Source: Candidatus Helarchaeota archaeon
GTDB taxonomy: Archaea; Asgardarchaeota; Lokiarchaeia; Helarchaeales; RDOG01
Assembly: GCA_019058315.1 (NCBI GenBank)
Contig: JAHPZH010000003.1
Span: 684,451-748,450 of the forward strand
Reading direction: 5' to 3'
Length of the DNA: 64,000 nt
Each line of letters begins with the position of its first letter. Within the stretch, counting starts at the first letter, position 1. Both the position numbers and the translations under genes were made by a program. Under the pieces are notes generated by a model that was not told where the DNA came from, searched no databases, and saw nothing but the letters and a program-made list of their open reading frames with translations. Positions 42,401 through 51,319 of this stretch are shown piece by piece.

Positions 42401-45400
42401 AGTGGTCTTGGGAGGGGGGACAATTGGTGAAGATGCCAAAGAACTCTTAAAAGAGCATGAAATCAAAATAACAAATTATTCGGATGAGCAGGTCCAAGAG
42501 CTTGAAAGCAGAAAAAAACGGGAAAGTAAACTTCGCAGATTGCTTCGAAGCAAGAGAGTTAAGGGAGAATTATTAATAATTGCAAGGGAGCGGACTTATG
42601 CCAAAATAATCTCAGAGATATTATGTGTTAAGAAAATGGAGGAGCTTTTTCCAAAATATAAATCCCTTATTAACAGGACCATCAAAAAACAAATGGACCA
42701 GCTAATTAAAACTTATTTGGACACGACACGGGGGTCAGCTAGGGTAAAAAACAAAAAGGAAAAAGTTCAAAGTGTAATTAAGAAATTACGTATGATAGAA
42801 GGTATTGTTGCAGAGCTCGGGTGGATAGTCCCAAGAAGAATACTTGAGGATAAATGCCCCGAACTCAGCACCTATGGAAGGGGAAAGGGAAGATATGCCC
42901 GGTCTATAGTAAAAAGTAGGGGTAAAGCCCTTGATAAATTAAATGCGGTGATAAATTATCTGTATTACATGCTCCAAATAGAAGGTAGTGAGGCGTTCTA
43001 TGAAGCGGGATTTTCTAAACTATTCCCGGGACCGGGATTATTGCATTACAGGAGAAAAAAACCGAGAAAACGGGGAAGGAAATATAAAGCATTGTACTGG
43101 GCTATGACAAAAAGAAATACGGGAGCAATTTTTGATTTTATAGACCAATATAAACCCATCATAAATTTCTATGTATTCAAATTCATCCTTGATGGGGAAT
43201 TAGATCCTAAAACGGACATTTGGCAAAAATATGATGAACGAAAAAGAAGAATATATTTCCTTTCCCCACAAGGAAGAAATAAAGTAAAAGAGTTATTTGA
43301 GCAGATTTGTTCCTCAAAATTTGTATATAAAAATAAAAAATTCACTTTTAAGACCATAATGAAAAAAGAAGCTGAAAATCTGGCCAAATATTTGGAATCA
43401 AAGCGAAAAATTTCATATACGCCATTTATTTGCTTTGAAAATGAGGATGATGCAATATGGGCAAATAGTAATTTGCGATTCATACATAATATTTTGGGAA
43501 AGGGGAAATATCGAGGTTATATATCTCAGAATTTTGAAACCAAATATAGAAAAAAGAGTAATAGAGTGCGGCGTAGAAGACGGGTTGTTTCCCCCGAACC
43601 CGAACAATTACCTCTCAACGTAGTTATCGTGCATCACACCGATTTTGATGGGTTCAAATCCGCACTTAACCTTGTGTATAAGCACCTGGGCAATAGAATA
43701 CACCTTTTCTATGCAACAAACAATAAAGGGAGAAATTACATTGAATCAGTGCTTGAAAACAAAGTTGCGAGGGTGTTACACAGGAAGCTAAAAAACATAA
43801 TTTATATTGCAGATTTTCCGCTACCCATAGAACGTGAGGACTTCCTTGTGGATTTCTTTAATAGCTTAAAGAAGAGAGGGTTGATTTTTGAGCCCTACTG
43901 GTTTGACCACCACGATACTCCTGGAGTCCAGCAAATGAGGGAAGTGATACGAGAGTTTGGTGGAGAGTTCTTCCACACGAATGATGAGGATGTCGAAACA
44001 TATGACTTAATCATGAACCATATTAAAAGTACTAGGCCTAGAATTAGAGATGTAAAGGCTTACCAGCAACTTGACATTAATTCTGTAGAGGATTTTGATG
44101 AAAACTTGAAAACCATAAACACCTCTGCTAATCTATCTAATTGGCATGAGCAGTATGACTATCATAGGCTTGAATCCCACTATAAAATAAATTTTCTTAA
44201 CTTTTTCAAGCGTATGTGTGTGCATGAAATTAATAATAAGAACTCTAAAGATAAGAAACCTAAAGAAACTAAAGGATTTAAGCGATATCAAGTTAGGATC
44301 GAAGCACTCATTAAAAACCCACAGAAATTGTTATATTATTATGATTTTGGGGAAACTGGGTACGGGTTTAAATACGCATTTTTTATGTTTAAGAGGAGTT
44401 TTCCCATACGAAAAATTAATAAGCTCATTAAAACCTTGGGAAGAAATCCAGGTCAAATAGATATCAAAATTTATTACTGGCAAGACCATACCATATCATT
44501 ACGTGCAAAAAAATCAACACAGCTTAGTTTCCAAGGATTGCTTGGTGAGAAAATGGGACACAAAAAAGCTACTGGACTACGTTCACAGAAGGTCAAATTT
44601 GTCCCTCATAAAATAGATTCCAATTATCATCTTGATTTTGAATACGGGTACTTTACAAGCATAGCGGAATTCATGGCAAGGCTCAAGATTAGTCCCCTTC
44701 AACGAGCATCGGGAACGTTTTCAAAAATAAAAACCCACACATCAGCCTATGAAACGTATCAATATGATTTTATGCCCCCTTTGGCCATGGGAGAGCCTTG
44801 CTTTCCCACATTTTTAAAGAGCTTGGATAAAATATTAAGAGGATTTAATAGCGGGTCTATAAATTTGCTATTTTGTCATAAATATGATCAATATAGGCTG
44901 ATGTATTTTGTCAAATACTTGATGTTAATGGCACAACACGAAAATGGACTGCACTCAAAAAAAGTCGTGTGCATTGATACAACTGCACACACCTTTTATC
45001 GAACGATGCTTACCTTCTTGAATAAATACAAACAGTTTACCCTGGACAATCTTAAAAATATCTTTTTCATTGACGCTTTGAATTTACGAAAGTTAAACAA
45101 AGCGGTCGACGGATTAAAGGGAATGATAGAAACCTATCAACCGAAATTGGTGGTAATAACTTCCCCATTTATCAGTATTAGAAAGAAACACCCAATAAAA
45201 AACCACTTAATACCTTACGAGGTGGAAACAACCTCTATACGGTCAACGGAGGCGGCACGATTGGTCAGGAAAATTAGAAAAATAGCAAGAAATACAGGCA
45301 TGATATTCTTACTCACACACTTCGTAAATTGGTATAAAGTATTTAAGACCAAAAACCCCTACCTCTATAACTCTATAAGTTTTGATACCTCAATCTTCTT

Positions 45401-45941
45401 GAAAAAAGATAAAGACAACATTCTCAAGCTTGATATAATCCATGTATGGCGAAAAGACACAACTTGTAAAATAAAGCTTGATATGAAGCGAAAGAGGTTA
45501 CAATTGAAAGATATATGTCATGTACCTATTTTAAAAGGGATGAAGGTAATTCGCAACAATATTACCTCGAATTACCCCGAGCTGGCTTATTGCATGGAAG
45601 GGTATAATAAATATGGGGTAAAATTCCTTATTTTTAAGTTCAATCGAGGAGTTCGTGGAGTCCATAAGTTAAGAAACAGTCTAGGGATTAACAGAAGTCT
45701 AGATATTATTATAAGGGCGGATAATAAAATAGATTTTTATAACTTTGAACCCGAATTTATTAATTTAGACGCTCTATTACATTTTGGGGGAGTCCCAAAT
45801 GAAGAAACCATGATAATCGGTGGAAAAGAACGTTTTGTACGATGGATCCGGATGTATCCAGCATTATATAAAGAATTCTTCGATTCTTTTGAAGAGTTCT
45901 TTCTGCATTTTCTCAATATAAACCTTACAAACCCAAGATAG
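39498..45941 (+). CDS. Multidomain protein: SF2 Ski2/Hel308-like helicase - wHTH - Zn fingers - Cas1 - DHH/DHHA1 - degenerate RecA/RadB-like domain
   Basis: PTGFGKT, DEVH, TTVIEVGID, QMIGR; Cas1 region ~aa 928-1310 with LRMIEG (E1101), DKLNAVINYLY, GLLH (H1183), FDFIDQYKP (D1213/D1216); HHTDFDG, IADF, WFDHH, GHKKATG; PTFLKSLDKILRG, VVCIDT, PKLVVITS. Confidence 0.85.
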   Translation: MKILELKKMPAMSSYFNKLKLHLERNDIEEDKLYEHQKRAHKLLFEGFNFSAFVPTGFGKTEDALAAIGHALYCNLVAVYLVPRVMLLHQKARLLKTFFKGVARVIVIQGDLKPHPRELKDPWGKLIIVATFESFRAFLFSVQKRRYFDRKTNIFGSVVIDEVHMLGDRTHGPSLETMLYKLHKEHDSQFCFLSGSFEKSSADWWCKRFNCKLEYMSHERDFYCWNIYAEQSTFKWKDDKIKELCNEFLEFHISHDIQDLAEIRPGKMVIFISTRKRTEIYCNNVKNSLESSRPNYKEHFKCSFIHAGMTLEERKQIFDDFNSDKGVRFLFCTTVIEVGIDIKNIEVVLIEDAHKYSAIKRTQMIGRMRLNHGVVINMIPLFAKRRFKRSIIYEKTYAAKKILPSVNFALFSWYYWFSGRKRIFWSIEYPSEESEKDRTIFHYSDTEPIRGYKLEKITSRIDLRHLPDLILESLFRTQKSLSQIEDHLKSIMGEYVLVDRNKKTIKRKIHEFVGMKYIRSTGSKFSLTYIGEAIVEGHLPYFFADRILRTFEVFPELPTREIKLLIGELVAMKEASSKKMWDVEMFIKNYSKDPIIFTENLEKYKILKGDAEVYRRCAAWIASAIYLLYRGYQFHNFVEEIRTNIECINSVLFWAKFHRRNLDYHHVALKEPRKLSKRICNRINRIIKTFQKSGVRVNLQKPPMWPYQKYHDSKGAAVLNNKIIEVLGESDDEGLTIFEMAQKINSDPDFKNTLITESRIAGRLKNSLASRVERIKVYTNTGAPHFRYYLKGNLPEQSEFTCANCNNFEKDPAKRISTAGTVYTCQKLEMAVNANNPSCAHFEPYENESRTFATFPFKWNIEVCPKCNARKTIRVPQHGEATICKRCNVLVERTDNGTFRATTRHKVSENIVQTDDKGMKYIETDPNKRVVYVPTDHTLTTEYIPEGNYYIVKVRGLGIRSFLKQVAEVVLGGGTIGEDAKELLKEHEIKITNYSDEQVQELESRKKRESKLRRLLRSKRVKGELLIIARERTYAKIISEILCVKKMEELFPKYKSLINRTIKKQMDQLIKTYLDTTRGSARVKNKKEKVQSVIKKLRMIEGIVAELGWIVPRRILEDKCPELSTYGRGKGRYARSIVKSRGKALDKLNAVINYLYYMLQIEGSEAFYEAGFSKLFPGPGLLHYRRKKPRKRGRKYKALYWAMTKRNTGAIFDFIDQYKPIINFYVFKFILDGELDPKTDIWQKYDERKRRIYFLSPQGRNKVKELFEQICSSKFVYKNKKFTFKTIMKKEAENLAKYLESKRKISYTPFICFENEDDAIWANSNLRFIHNILGKGKYRGYISQNFETKYRKKSNRVRRRRRVVSPEPEQLPLNVVIVHHTDFDGFKSALNLVYKHLGNRIHLFYATNNKGRNYIESVLENKVARVLHRKLKNIIYIADFPLPIEREDFLVDFFNSLKKRGLIFEPYWFDHHDTPGVQQMREVIREFGGEFFHTNDEDVETYDLIMNHIKSTRPRIRDVKAYQQLDINSVEDFDENLKTINTSANLSNWHEQYDYHRLESHYKINFLNFFKRMCVHEINNKNSKDKKPKETKGFKRYQVRIEALIKNPQKLLYYYDFGETGYGFKYAFFMFKRSFPIRKINKLIKTLGRNPGQIDIKIYYWQDHTISLRAKKSTQLSFQGLLGEKMGHKKATGLRSQKVKFVPHKIDSNYHLDFEYGYFTSIAEFMARLKISPLQRASGTFSKIKTHTSAYETYQYDFMPPLAMGEPCFPTFLKSLDKILRGFNSGSINLLFCHKYDQYRLMYFVKYLMLMAQHENGLHSKKVVCIDTTAHTFYRTMLTFLNKYKQFTLDNLKNIFFIDALNLRKLNKAVDGLKGMIETYQPKLVVITSPFISIRKKHPIKNHLIPYEVETTSIRSTEAARLVRKIRKIARNTGMIFLLTHFVNWYKVFKTKNPYLYNSISFDTSIFLKKDKDNILKLDIIHVWRKDTTCKIKLDMKRKRLQLKDICHVPILKGMKVIRNNITSNYPELAYCMEGYNKYGVKFLIFKFNRGVRGVHKLRNSLGINRSLDIIIRADNKIDFYNFEPEFINLDALLHFGGVPNEETMIIGGKERFVRWIRMYPALYKEFFDSFEEFFLHFLNINLTNPR

Positions 45942-45966
45942 GATCTTTAAACCAAATCAGACCAAT

Positions 45967-46503
45967 TTATTCTATAAAATATTTTTTTATAAGATAAGAG
46001 GAAAATCCCTTATCATCCCTAAAATAATCATATTTATCTTCCTCACTCTCAAATCTTCGATCCTTATAAGTGCTTTCTACAATTGAATTAATAAATTCGA
46101 TAAAAAGATCGATATCTGATTTAAGTTCGTTAACTTCATGCCTTAATTTATCAACTAATTCTTTATTCTTAGGACTTTCAGTTAATTTTTTTGATACTCT
46201 CTTTCTCGATTGAGTCTGTAGCTCCAGTTTTTCCTTTTCTAGTTTTTGAACTTGAGTATTTAATTTTTTTAATTCATTATTAATTCCTATTATTTCTGAA
46301 AGATTTTGCATTGGAACCCACCAGATCCAAGATCCGCGATTTTTTGTCTGTTTTCCTTTAATTTTTCCCTCAATTGCTAATTTATCTAAACGGTTTTTTA
46401 TAATATGTCGTGGTTTTTTTAATAATTTGACAATTTCAGTTGTGGTATATGGTCTATTTGTATTTGAAAAAATTGATAAAATGTCTTGAATAATTTGAAC
46501 CAT
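45967..46503 (-). CDS. wHTH DNA-binding protein with coiled coil
   Basis: PYTTTEIVKLL...RLDKLAIEGKIKGKQ..SWIWW. Confidence 0.7.
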   Translation of the reverse strand: MVQIIQDILSIFSNTNRPYTTTEIVKLLKKPRHIIKNRLDKLAIEGKIKGKQTKNRGSWIWWVPMQNLSEIIGINNELKKLNTQVQKLEKEKLELQTQSRKRVSKKLTESPKNKELVDKLRHEVNELKSDIDLFIEFINSIVESTYKDRRFESEEDKYDYFRDDKGFSSYLIKKYFIE

Positions 46504-46843
46504 TTTTCTCCATCTTAACTTGTTAACTAACTAGTTAATGAACTAGTGTTTTTTTAAATTTTTCTAATTACTTATTTTATCAAAGATCGCTACACCCCTA
46601 ATTGGATTCCTTGTATGTTTATTGTTCTATCTTTGCTCTCGTTAATCAATCAATTTAAAAGCAATTTATAATAAAACAACTAAGAAATAGAGTTTCCTTA
46701 TCCAATCTTGTGGTAAAACTCTTTTTCTGGACTTCTATTTTTACGATTTGAGACCGACATATTCGATTTTTCATCTCTAACGCACAAGGAAAAAGTGAGA
46801 TGGCTTAAGGAGTTTGAAAATTATAAATTTATAAGTTAAAAAG

Positions 46844-47371
46844 TTGATATATTTAGAAATAAGTAGTGTATCAAATCTAAAAATAAGGAGTTTTGTGGGT
46901 GTTAAAAAAATGAGAGGAGCAAAAACGTTAAGCACAATTTGTTTTTTTCTAGCATTTGGATACTTTATTTATAACTTACAAAATCTTGAACTTTATTATC
47001 CATTAATTTTACTCTTTCTCGGATTAGGAGCTTTATTTCTTATACTATCACCAACTGAAGCTATAGAGAAACAAACTGAGAAAATTTCAGTCTATGACCA
47101 AGACTATTTGGAAAGATATGGAGATAATAGTCAAATTGAAAATTATAACCAAAAAGATCATAAATATAGTATCGCAATTAGTAGAGCTTTTAAAAAAGTT
47201 GACGAAGCTCTGAAGATAAATCCAAATTTAACTATTGAAGAACAGCTTAAATTGGCTCAACTTGAAAAAACACAAGTCTCATGTCCAATTTGTAACAATT
47301 TCTTATTTGTATATTATAAATTTTTAGTCTATTGTTCAAATTGTGAGAAATTTATTTCAGAATTAAAATAA
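46844..47371 (+). CDS. Two-TM membrane protein with C-terminal Zn ribbon (probable start at MRGAK)
   Basis: Two hydrophobic helices; CPIC...CSNC. Confidence 0.6.
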   Translation: MIYLEISSVSNLKIRSFVGVKKMRGAKTLSTICFFLAFGYFIYNLQNLELYYPLILLFLGLGALFLILSPTEAIEKQTEKISVYDQDYLERYGDNSQIENYNQKDHKYSIAISRAFKKVDEALKINPNLTIEEQLKLAQLEKTQVSCPICNNFLFVYYKFLVYCSNCEKFISELK

Positions 47372-47412
47372 TTTTCAAATGATATTTTATATTTGATGTA
47401 GGAGGTGAGTTA

Positions 47413-47523
47413 ATGGATGAATATTCAACGGGAAAGAAAGTAGCTGCAGCCATCGGGGCAATTTTACTAATCTTGTTTGGAATTATTATGATATATGTTA
47501 CTATATTTGGGTTTCCGAGGTAA
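47413..47523 (+). CDS. 36-aa single-TM peptide (not in ORF track)
   Basis: GGAGGTGA SD at 47401; MMEYSTGKKVAAAIGAILLILFGIIMIYVTIFGFPR. Confidence 0.6.
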   Translation: MDEYSTGKKVAAAIGAILLILFGIIMIYVTIFGFPR

Positions 47524-47680
47524 AAACTTGGGATCTACTTCCAAAAATGATGATGAATCGGGGGTTATCTCTTATGAATTTCAACATTAGTAAAGGGTTG
47601 GAAAAGGAGGATGAGTTTTTGGAAGGCAAATATTTATCGAGTCTAAAGATAACTGAGTATAATCATAAGGAGTTGTTTAT

Positions 47681-48652
47681 TTGATTAATAATAATGAATT
47701 CATTCCAGATTCAACAGAAAAAAAACAACTGGTAATTGATCTAAATAAGAAATTATATTCAAGAAAATCATTTCCCACAAGAATTTATTACCAATATGGT
47801 GTCATTAGTGGTCAAAAAGCTGTAAGATTATATATTGATGATGAGCTTATTGCCACGAGGAAGTGTAAATCTTATCAAAATGAGGAAGACGCTGCTTTTG
47901 CGGCTCTTCTATTAAGATTTTCTCATTTAGAAGATTGTGGTGTTCAAAGTCTAAATTCTGCCCGATCCCAACGTGAAAAAACTCTTAAAGCAATTGTCCA
48001 AGAGATTTTTAATTCAATTGGTTATAAAGAGATACAAAATCCCCTATACGGATATCGTCCTGACCTAGTTTTTGAAAATGATAATCACACTTTAATACTT
48101 GAATTAAAGGCGTTCTATAAAGATACTATTGTAGCAGAGCCTCAGATAGGTCAAATTGCAAAGTATGGTCTTGCTTCAACAGAATTAGAGGTTAAGAACA
48201 AGATTCGTTTATTATTAATTACCACAGGAAAATTAATACAGATTCCAGATGCAATTTTTTTTCAAAATGACGACCCTGATGTTAAAGAATTTGCTGAAAA
48301 AAGGTATGGTTCCTTAATAAAAGGGATTATAAATCCAACATATTTAGACGAATGGGAACGACTGTGGATGTATAGGAAATTTCTAAATAATTTTTGGAAA
48401 AAAATCACATTTCCTAGATGGAGTGATGAAAACTGGAAACAAATACGATTTAAGATAAAACAAATTCTTAATATGGAGGAATTCAACAAGTTTATACAAA
48501 TGAAAGAAAAAATACTAATAGGATTCATTTCAGAAATTGGATTAAAACAAATTCTAAAGCATTTAAATAAATCAAAAATGATTGATAAATTGCTTAAACT
48601 TGTAAATACTCGATTAGAAAATTTAATTATTAATAAGGATATATTGGCTTAA
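47681..48652 (+). CDS. PD-(D/E)XK nuclease with N-terminal dsRBD-like domain
   Basis: RPDLVF...ILELKA...GQIAKY; N-terminal alpha-beta-beta-beta-alpha pattern ending KSYQNEEDAAFAALL. Confidence 0.7.
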   Translation: MINNNEFIPDSTEKKQLVIDLNKKLYSRKSFPTRIYYQYGVISGQKAVRLYIDDELIATRKCKSYQNEEDAAFAALLLRFSHLEDCGVQSLNSARSQREKTLKAIVQEIFNSIGYKEIQNPLYGYRPDLVFENDNHTLILELKAFYKDTIVAEPQIGQIAKYGLASTELEVKNKIRLLLITTGKLIQIPDAIFFQNDDPDVKEFAEKRYGSLIKGIINPTYLDEWERLWMYRKFLNNFWKKITFPRWSDENWKQIRFKIKQILNMEEFNKFIQMKEKILIGFISEIGLKQILKHLNKSKMIDKLLKLVNTRLENLIINKDILA

Positions 48653-48737
48653 TCATTTAATTTATCTATATGAACATATTATTTAAGTTTAAATATCTAT
48701 TTTATTAAAAATAATTAGAAAAATGTAGGTAAAAAAA

Positions 48738-48809
48738 GAGCCCAACCCTCGTAATCTACTTTTTAACCCCCTCCTCCCTACATTCCCCTTTTTAACGAGG
48801 GTTGGGTTC
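48738..48809. repeat. 15-bp inverted repeat with 42-nt pyrimidine-rich loop
   Basis: GAGCCCAACCCTCGT (48738-48752) / ACGAGGGTTGGGTTC (48795-48809). Confidence 0.9.
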
Positions 48810-48846
48810 ACCAAAATGCATATTTAAGGTCAGAGCATTCAAATTA

Positions 48847-48960
48847 ATTAAAAAGTTAAAAATGTTAAAAAAGTTAAAATGTTTAAGAAATTTAAAAAGT
48901 TTAAAATTTTAAAAATCTTAAAAAATTTAAATAAATTAAGAATTTTAAAAAATTGAAAAA
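48847..48960 (+). repeat. Degenerate ~10-bp tandem repeat (TTAAAAA core), about 11 units
   Basis: ttaaaaag-ttaaaaatg-ttaaaaaag-ttaaaatgt-ttaagaaat-ttaaaaagt-ttaaaattt-... running up to the next start codon. Confidence 0.75.
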
Positions 48961-48962
48961 CA

Positions 48963-49379
48963 TTGAGCCAACACATTCCTATGAAAGAAGCTACACACGA
49001 TAGACTCGTAGCACTGAAAGGAAAACTAAGAGCGAAGAAAACTCATAGGAATTTCGGAAAAAATATGAGCGAGGTCCTACATTTCTTACTTCGTTATTTT
49101 TCTTTTGGCGAATCAGAAAGGAACCAGAATAAAGATCTTGAAGATATGTTTCAACAACTTACCTTACCTGATAGTGAGGATAAAAAGTTGGATAAACATA
49201 TTGCTGTGACCAAGGCGGTCTATGATAAGACCGTAACACTGCAAGGAAATTTACTAGCAAGTGAAACTCATAGAATATTTGGGAAATCCTTCAATAATGT
49301 TATTGAGTTGTTATTAGATTATTTTTATACTGATCAAGAAAGACAGTCTGGGAAGGGTAAGACCTTTCTTGATGAATAA
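48963..49379 (+). CDS. Tandem ribbon-helix-helix (CopG/ParG/antitoxin-like) DNA-binding protein
   Basis: Internal duplication HIPMKEATHDRLVALKG...GKNMSEVLHFLLRYF / HIAVTKAVYDKTVTLQG...GKSFNNVIELLLDYF. Confidence 0.65.
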   Translation: MSQHIPMKEATHDRLVALKGKLRAKKTHRNFGKNMSEVLHFLLRYFSFGESERNQNKDLEDMFQQLTLPDSEDKKLDKHIAVTKAVYDKTVTLQGNLLASETHRIFGKSFNNVIELLLDYFYTDQERQSGKGKTFLDE

Positions 49380-49392
49380 TAATATAAATTTC

Positions 49393-49905
49393 TCAAGATA
49401 TTTTATTATAAATCCAACCAACAAAACCGAACACATTTCTAAACATAAGAAGATGTTCACCCATTTGAATGCGTTCTCCGCCATGAACTATTCTATTCCT
49501 TAAATCGATTAACTGTTCTAAAGTTTCATAAAATGTAGGTTCATAATAATCTCTAGCTTTTAGAATTTTAAGACATTTTCTTAATGATTTTGGATCTTCG
49601 TAAATATTCAAGTCTTTCTCTATATGTAATTTTAACTCTCTCTCAAGAATTCTTGCACATATCATTGCTGTCGCGTTCCAAAATGCCCCTCCAAGACAAC
49701 CTAACGCCTCATCAAGATCCTTGATTAACTCACTATCCATTTGTAAAAATAGGGGATCGGGAAACACATCTTGACATCTTAAGTTTTTTTCTTTCACGGA
49801 TAGAGGAGTTAAGAGTGCTATTGAATCCAACATTTTATTAAAACAAATCTTACAAATACGAACTTTAGATATTACGTTTAAGTCACAAGTTTCGCATTTA
49901 ACCAT
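49393..49905 (-). CDS. HEPN (DUF4145-like) protein with N-terminal Zn finger
   Basis: EALGCL...ATAMICARILE and RNRIVH (R-x4-H); CETC...CKIC. Confidence 0.75.
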   Translation of the reverse strand: MVKCETCDLNVISKVRICKICFNKMLDSIALLTPLSVKEKNLRCQDVFPDPLFLQMDSELIKDLDEALGCLGGAFWNATAMICARILERELKLHIEKDLNIYEDPKSLRKCLKILKARDYYEPTFYETLEQLIDLRNRIVHGGERIQMGEHLLMFRNVFGFVGWIYNKIS

Positions 49906-49967
49906 ATTTTTCAGACTTCTCTATTATTTTTCCATAAAAGATATTGAGTGAACATACGTTCTCTCTT

Positions 49968-50162
49968 CTAATAATGTTTTCTCTCGTATCTTATTAATGC
50001 ACCATTTAATGGAAAGTAAAAAGCATCCTCTGTCTTAAAAATCGTCTTGATATCATTAATTTTCGCTATTTTGGTAAATTCATCTTTATCTTCAACAGTT
50101 AACATCAAACTTCCTGTGTGTTTTTTGGCTTTAATTATAAGAATTTTAGATTTTTTCTCCAA
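49968..50162 (-). CDS. Small hypothetical protein
   Basis: GGAGGTG SD upstream of TTG. Confidence 0.55.
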   Translation of the reverse strand: MEKKSKILIIKAKKHTGSLMLTVEDKDEFTKIAKINDIKTIFKTEDAFYFPLNGALIRYERKHY

Positions 50163-50200
50163 ATTTTAACACCTCCAACTTCAGCAAATCATTCCCATTT

Positions 50201-50437
50201 TTAGGATTTTTTTTCTTTTTCAAGTAGTGCTAATGATAGTGTAGGACTTAATGTACAAATTAAAACTATTACAATTAAAAGATTAGATGGTAAATTGCTA
50301 AAAAATCCGTAATATATCAAAATAACATATAAAATAACATTACTGGCTATCAATTGAATTAAAACATAATATACCATTCGGTTCTGTTTAAACATAACAA
50401 ATCCTCCATTAATAATTTCGTTATTTTTATTTATCAT
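50201..50437 (-). CDS. Small two-TM membrane protein
   Basis: Two hydrophobic helices; GGAGG precedes the internal ATG (MFKQN). Confidence 0.55.
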   Translation of the reverse strand: MINKNNEIINGGFVMFKQNRMVYYVLIQLIASNVILYVILIYYGFFSNLPSNLLIVIVLICTLSPTLSLALLEKEKKS

Positions 50438-50480
50438 AAGGTCTTTTAAATTTTTTAAAAATAATACAAATCATTACCTT

Positions 50481-50642
50481 ATGACATATAAAATTGAATA
50501 TTTTTATTTTGATTACAGTTTGGTCTTAACGTGTGAATGTGGTAGAGTTTCTAAGCAATTCGGTTCGAACCATACCAATACATTCAAGTGTCCGTGCGGG
50601 TTAACCTATAAAGTGTTGCCAGAAGTAGTTAAAATTAAATAA
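50481..50642 (+). CDS. 53-aa CxC..CxC Zn-ribbon microprotein, copy 1 (not in ORF track)
   Basis: MTYKIEYFYFDYSLVLTCECGRVSKQFGSNHTNTFKCPCGLTYKVLPEVVKIK; 5 of 8 changed codons versus copy 2 are synonymous. Confidence 0.7.
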   Translation: MTYKIEYFYFDYSLVLTCECGRVSKQFGSNHTNTFKCPCGLTYKVLPEVVKIK

Positions 50643-50679
50643 TTATAATACTATATTATTATACATCCTTAACTTATTC

Positions 50680-50904
50680 ATGGTTGGTGGAGGTGAAAAC
50701 TTGGAGAAAAGAAAAGATAAAAAATTAAATACTTTTGAATGCAAGCAATGTCCTGTTTGTGGCTCAAAAAATTTTAGTGAAAAAAAGAAACTTAAAATTT
50801 ACCGTTGGAAAAGGGGACGACCTTGGAATATAATATTTACAGTTCTAATTTGTCAAGATTGTTCCTATGCAATGTTTTTTTACACTGAAGGAGAGTTTGA
50901 GTGA
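50680..50904 (+). CDS. Small Zn-ribbon protein
   Basis: CPVC...CQDC; GGAGGTGA precedes TTG at 50701. Confidence 0.65.
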   Translation: MVGGGENLEKRKDKKLNTFECKQCPVCGSKNFSEKKKLKIYRWKRGRPWNIIFTVLICQDCSYAMFFYTEGEFE

Positions 50905-51045
50905 TGAAAAGACTATACTCCTACTTACCTGTATTTTTCAAAGGGGGGATGCTAGGAGTAATAATTTTAGATAATATTATAAAGAGAAATCTAAGAAGCA
51001 GCACACTCATCTAAATATAAATAGATGATGGTATAACATTACCTT

Positions 51046-51207
51046 ATGACGTATAAAATTGAATATTTTTATTTTGATTACAGTTTGGTATTAACGTGTT
51101 CATGTGGTAGAGTTTCTAAGCAATTCGGTTCGAACCATACCAATACGTTCAAGTGTTCGTGCGGATTAACATTTAAAGTGTTGCCAGAAGTAGTTAAAAT
51201 TAAATAA
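51046..51207 (+). CDS. 53-aa Zn-ribbon microprotein, copy 2
   Basis: MTYKIEYFYFDYSLVLTCSCGRVSKQFGSNHTNTFKCSCGLTFKVLPEVVKIK; 51037-51207 is a direct repeat of 50472-50642. Confidence 0.7.
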   Translation: MTYKIEYFYFDYSLVLTCSCGRVSKQFGSNHTNTFKCSCGLTFKVLPEVVKIK

Positions 51208-51319
51208 AAGGTTTATCTCAACAAAAAATTTAATAATTATAAACGACAATTTTTTAATCACAAGCTATTAGAGAGGGCATATTGTAATTGCGCTTTAAGA
51301 GCTTAAATTCTATTATTTC

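Noticed and set aside
44780-45500. Active RecA/RadA recombinase domain
   Set aside because: Walker A GKT is absent and Walker B reads ITS; at most an inactive fold
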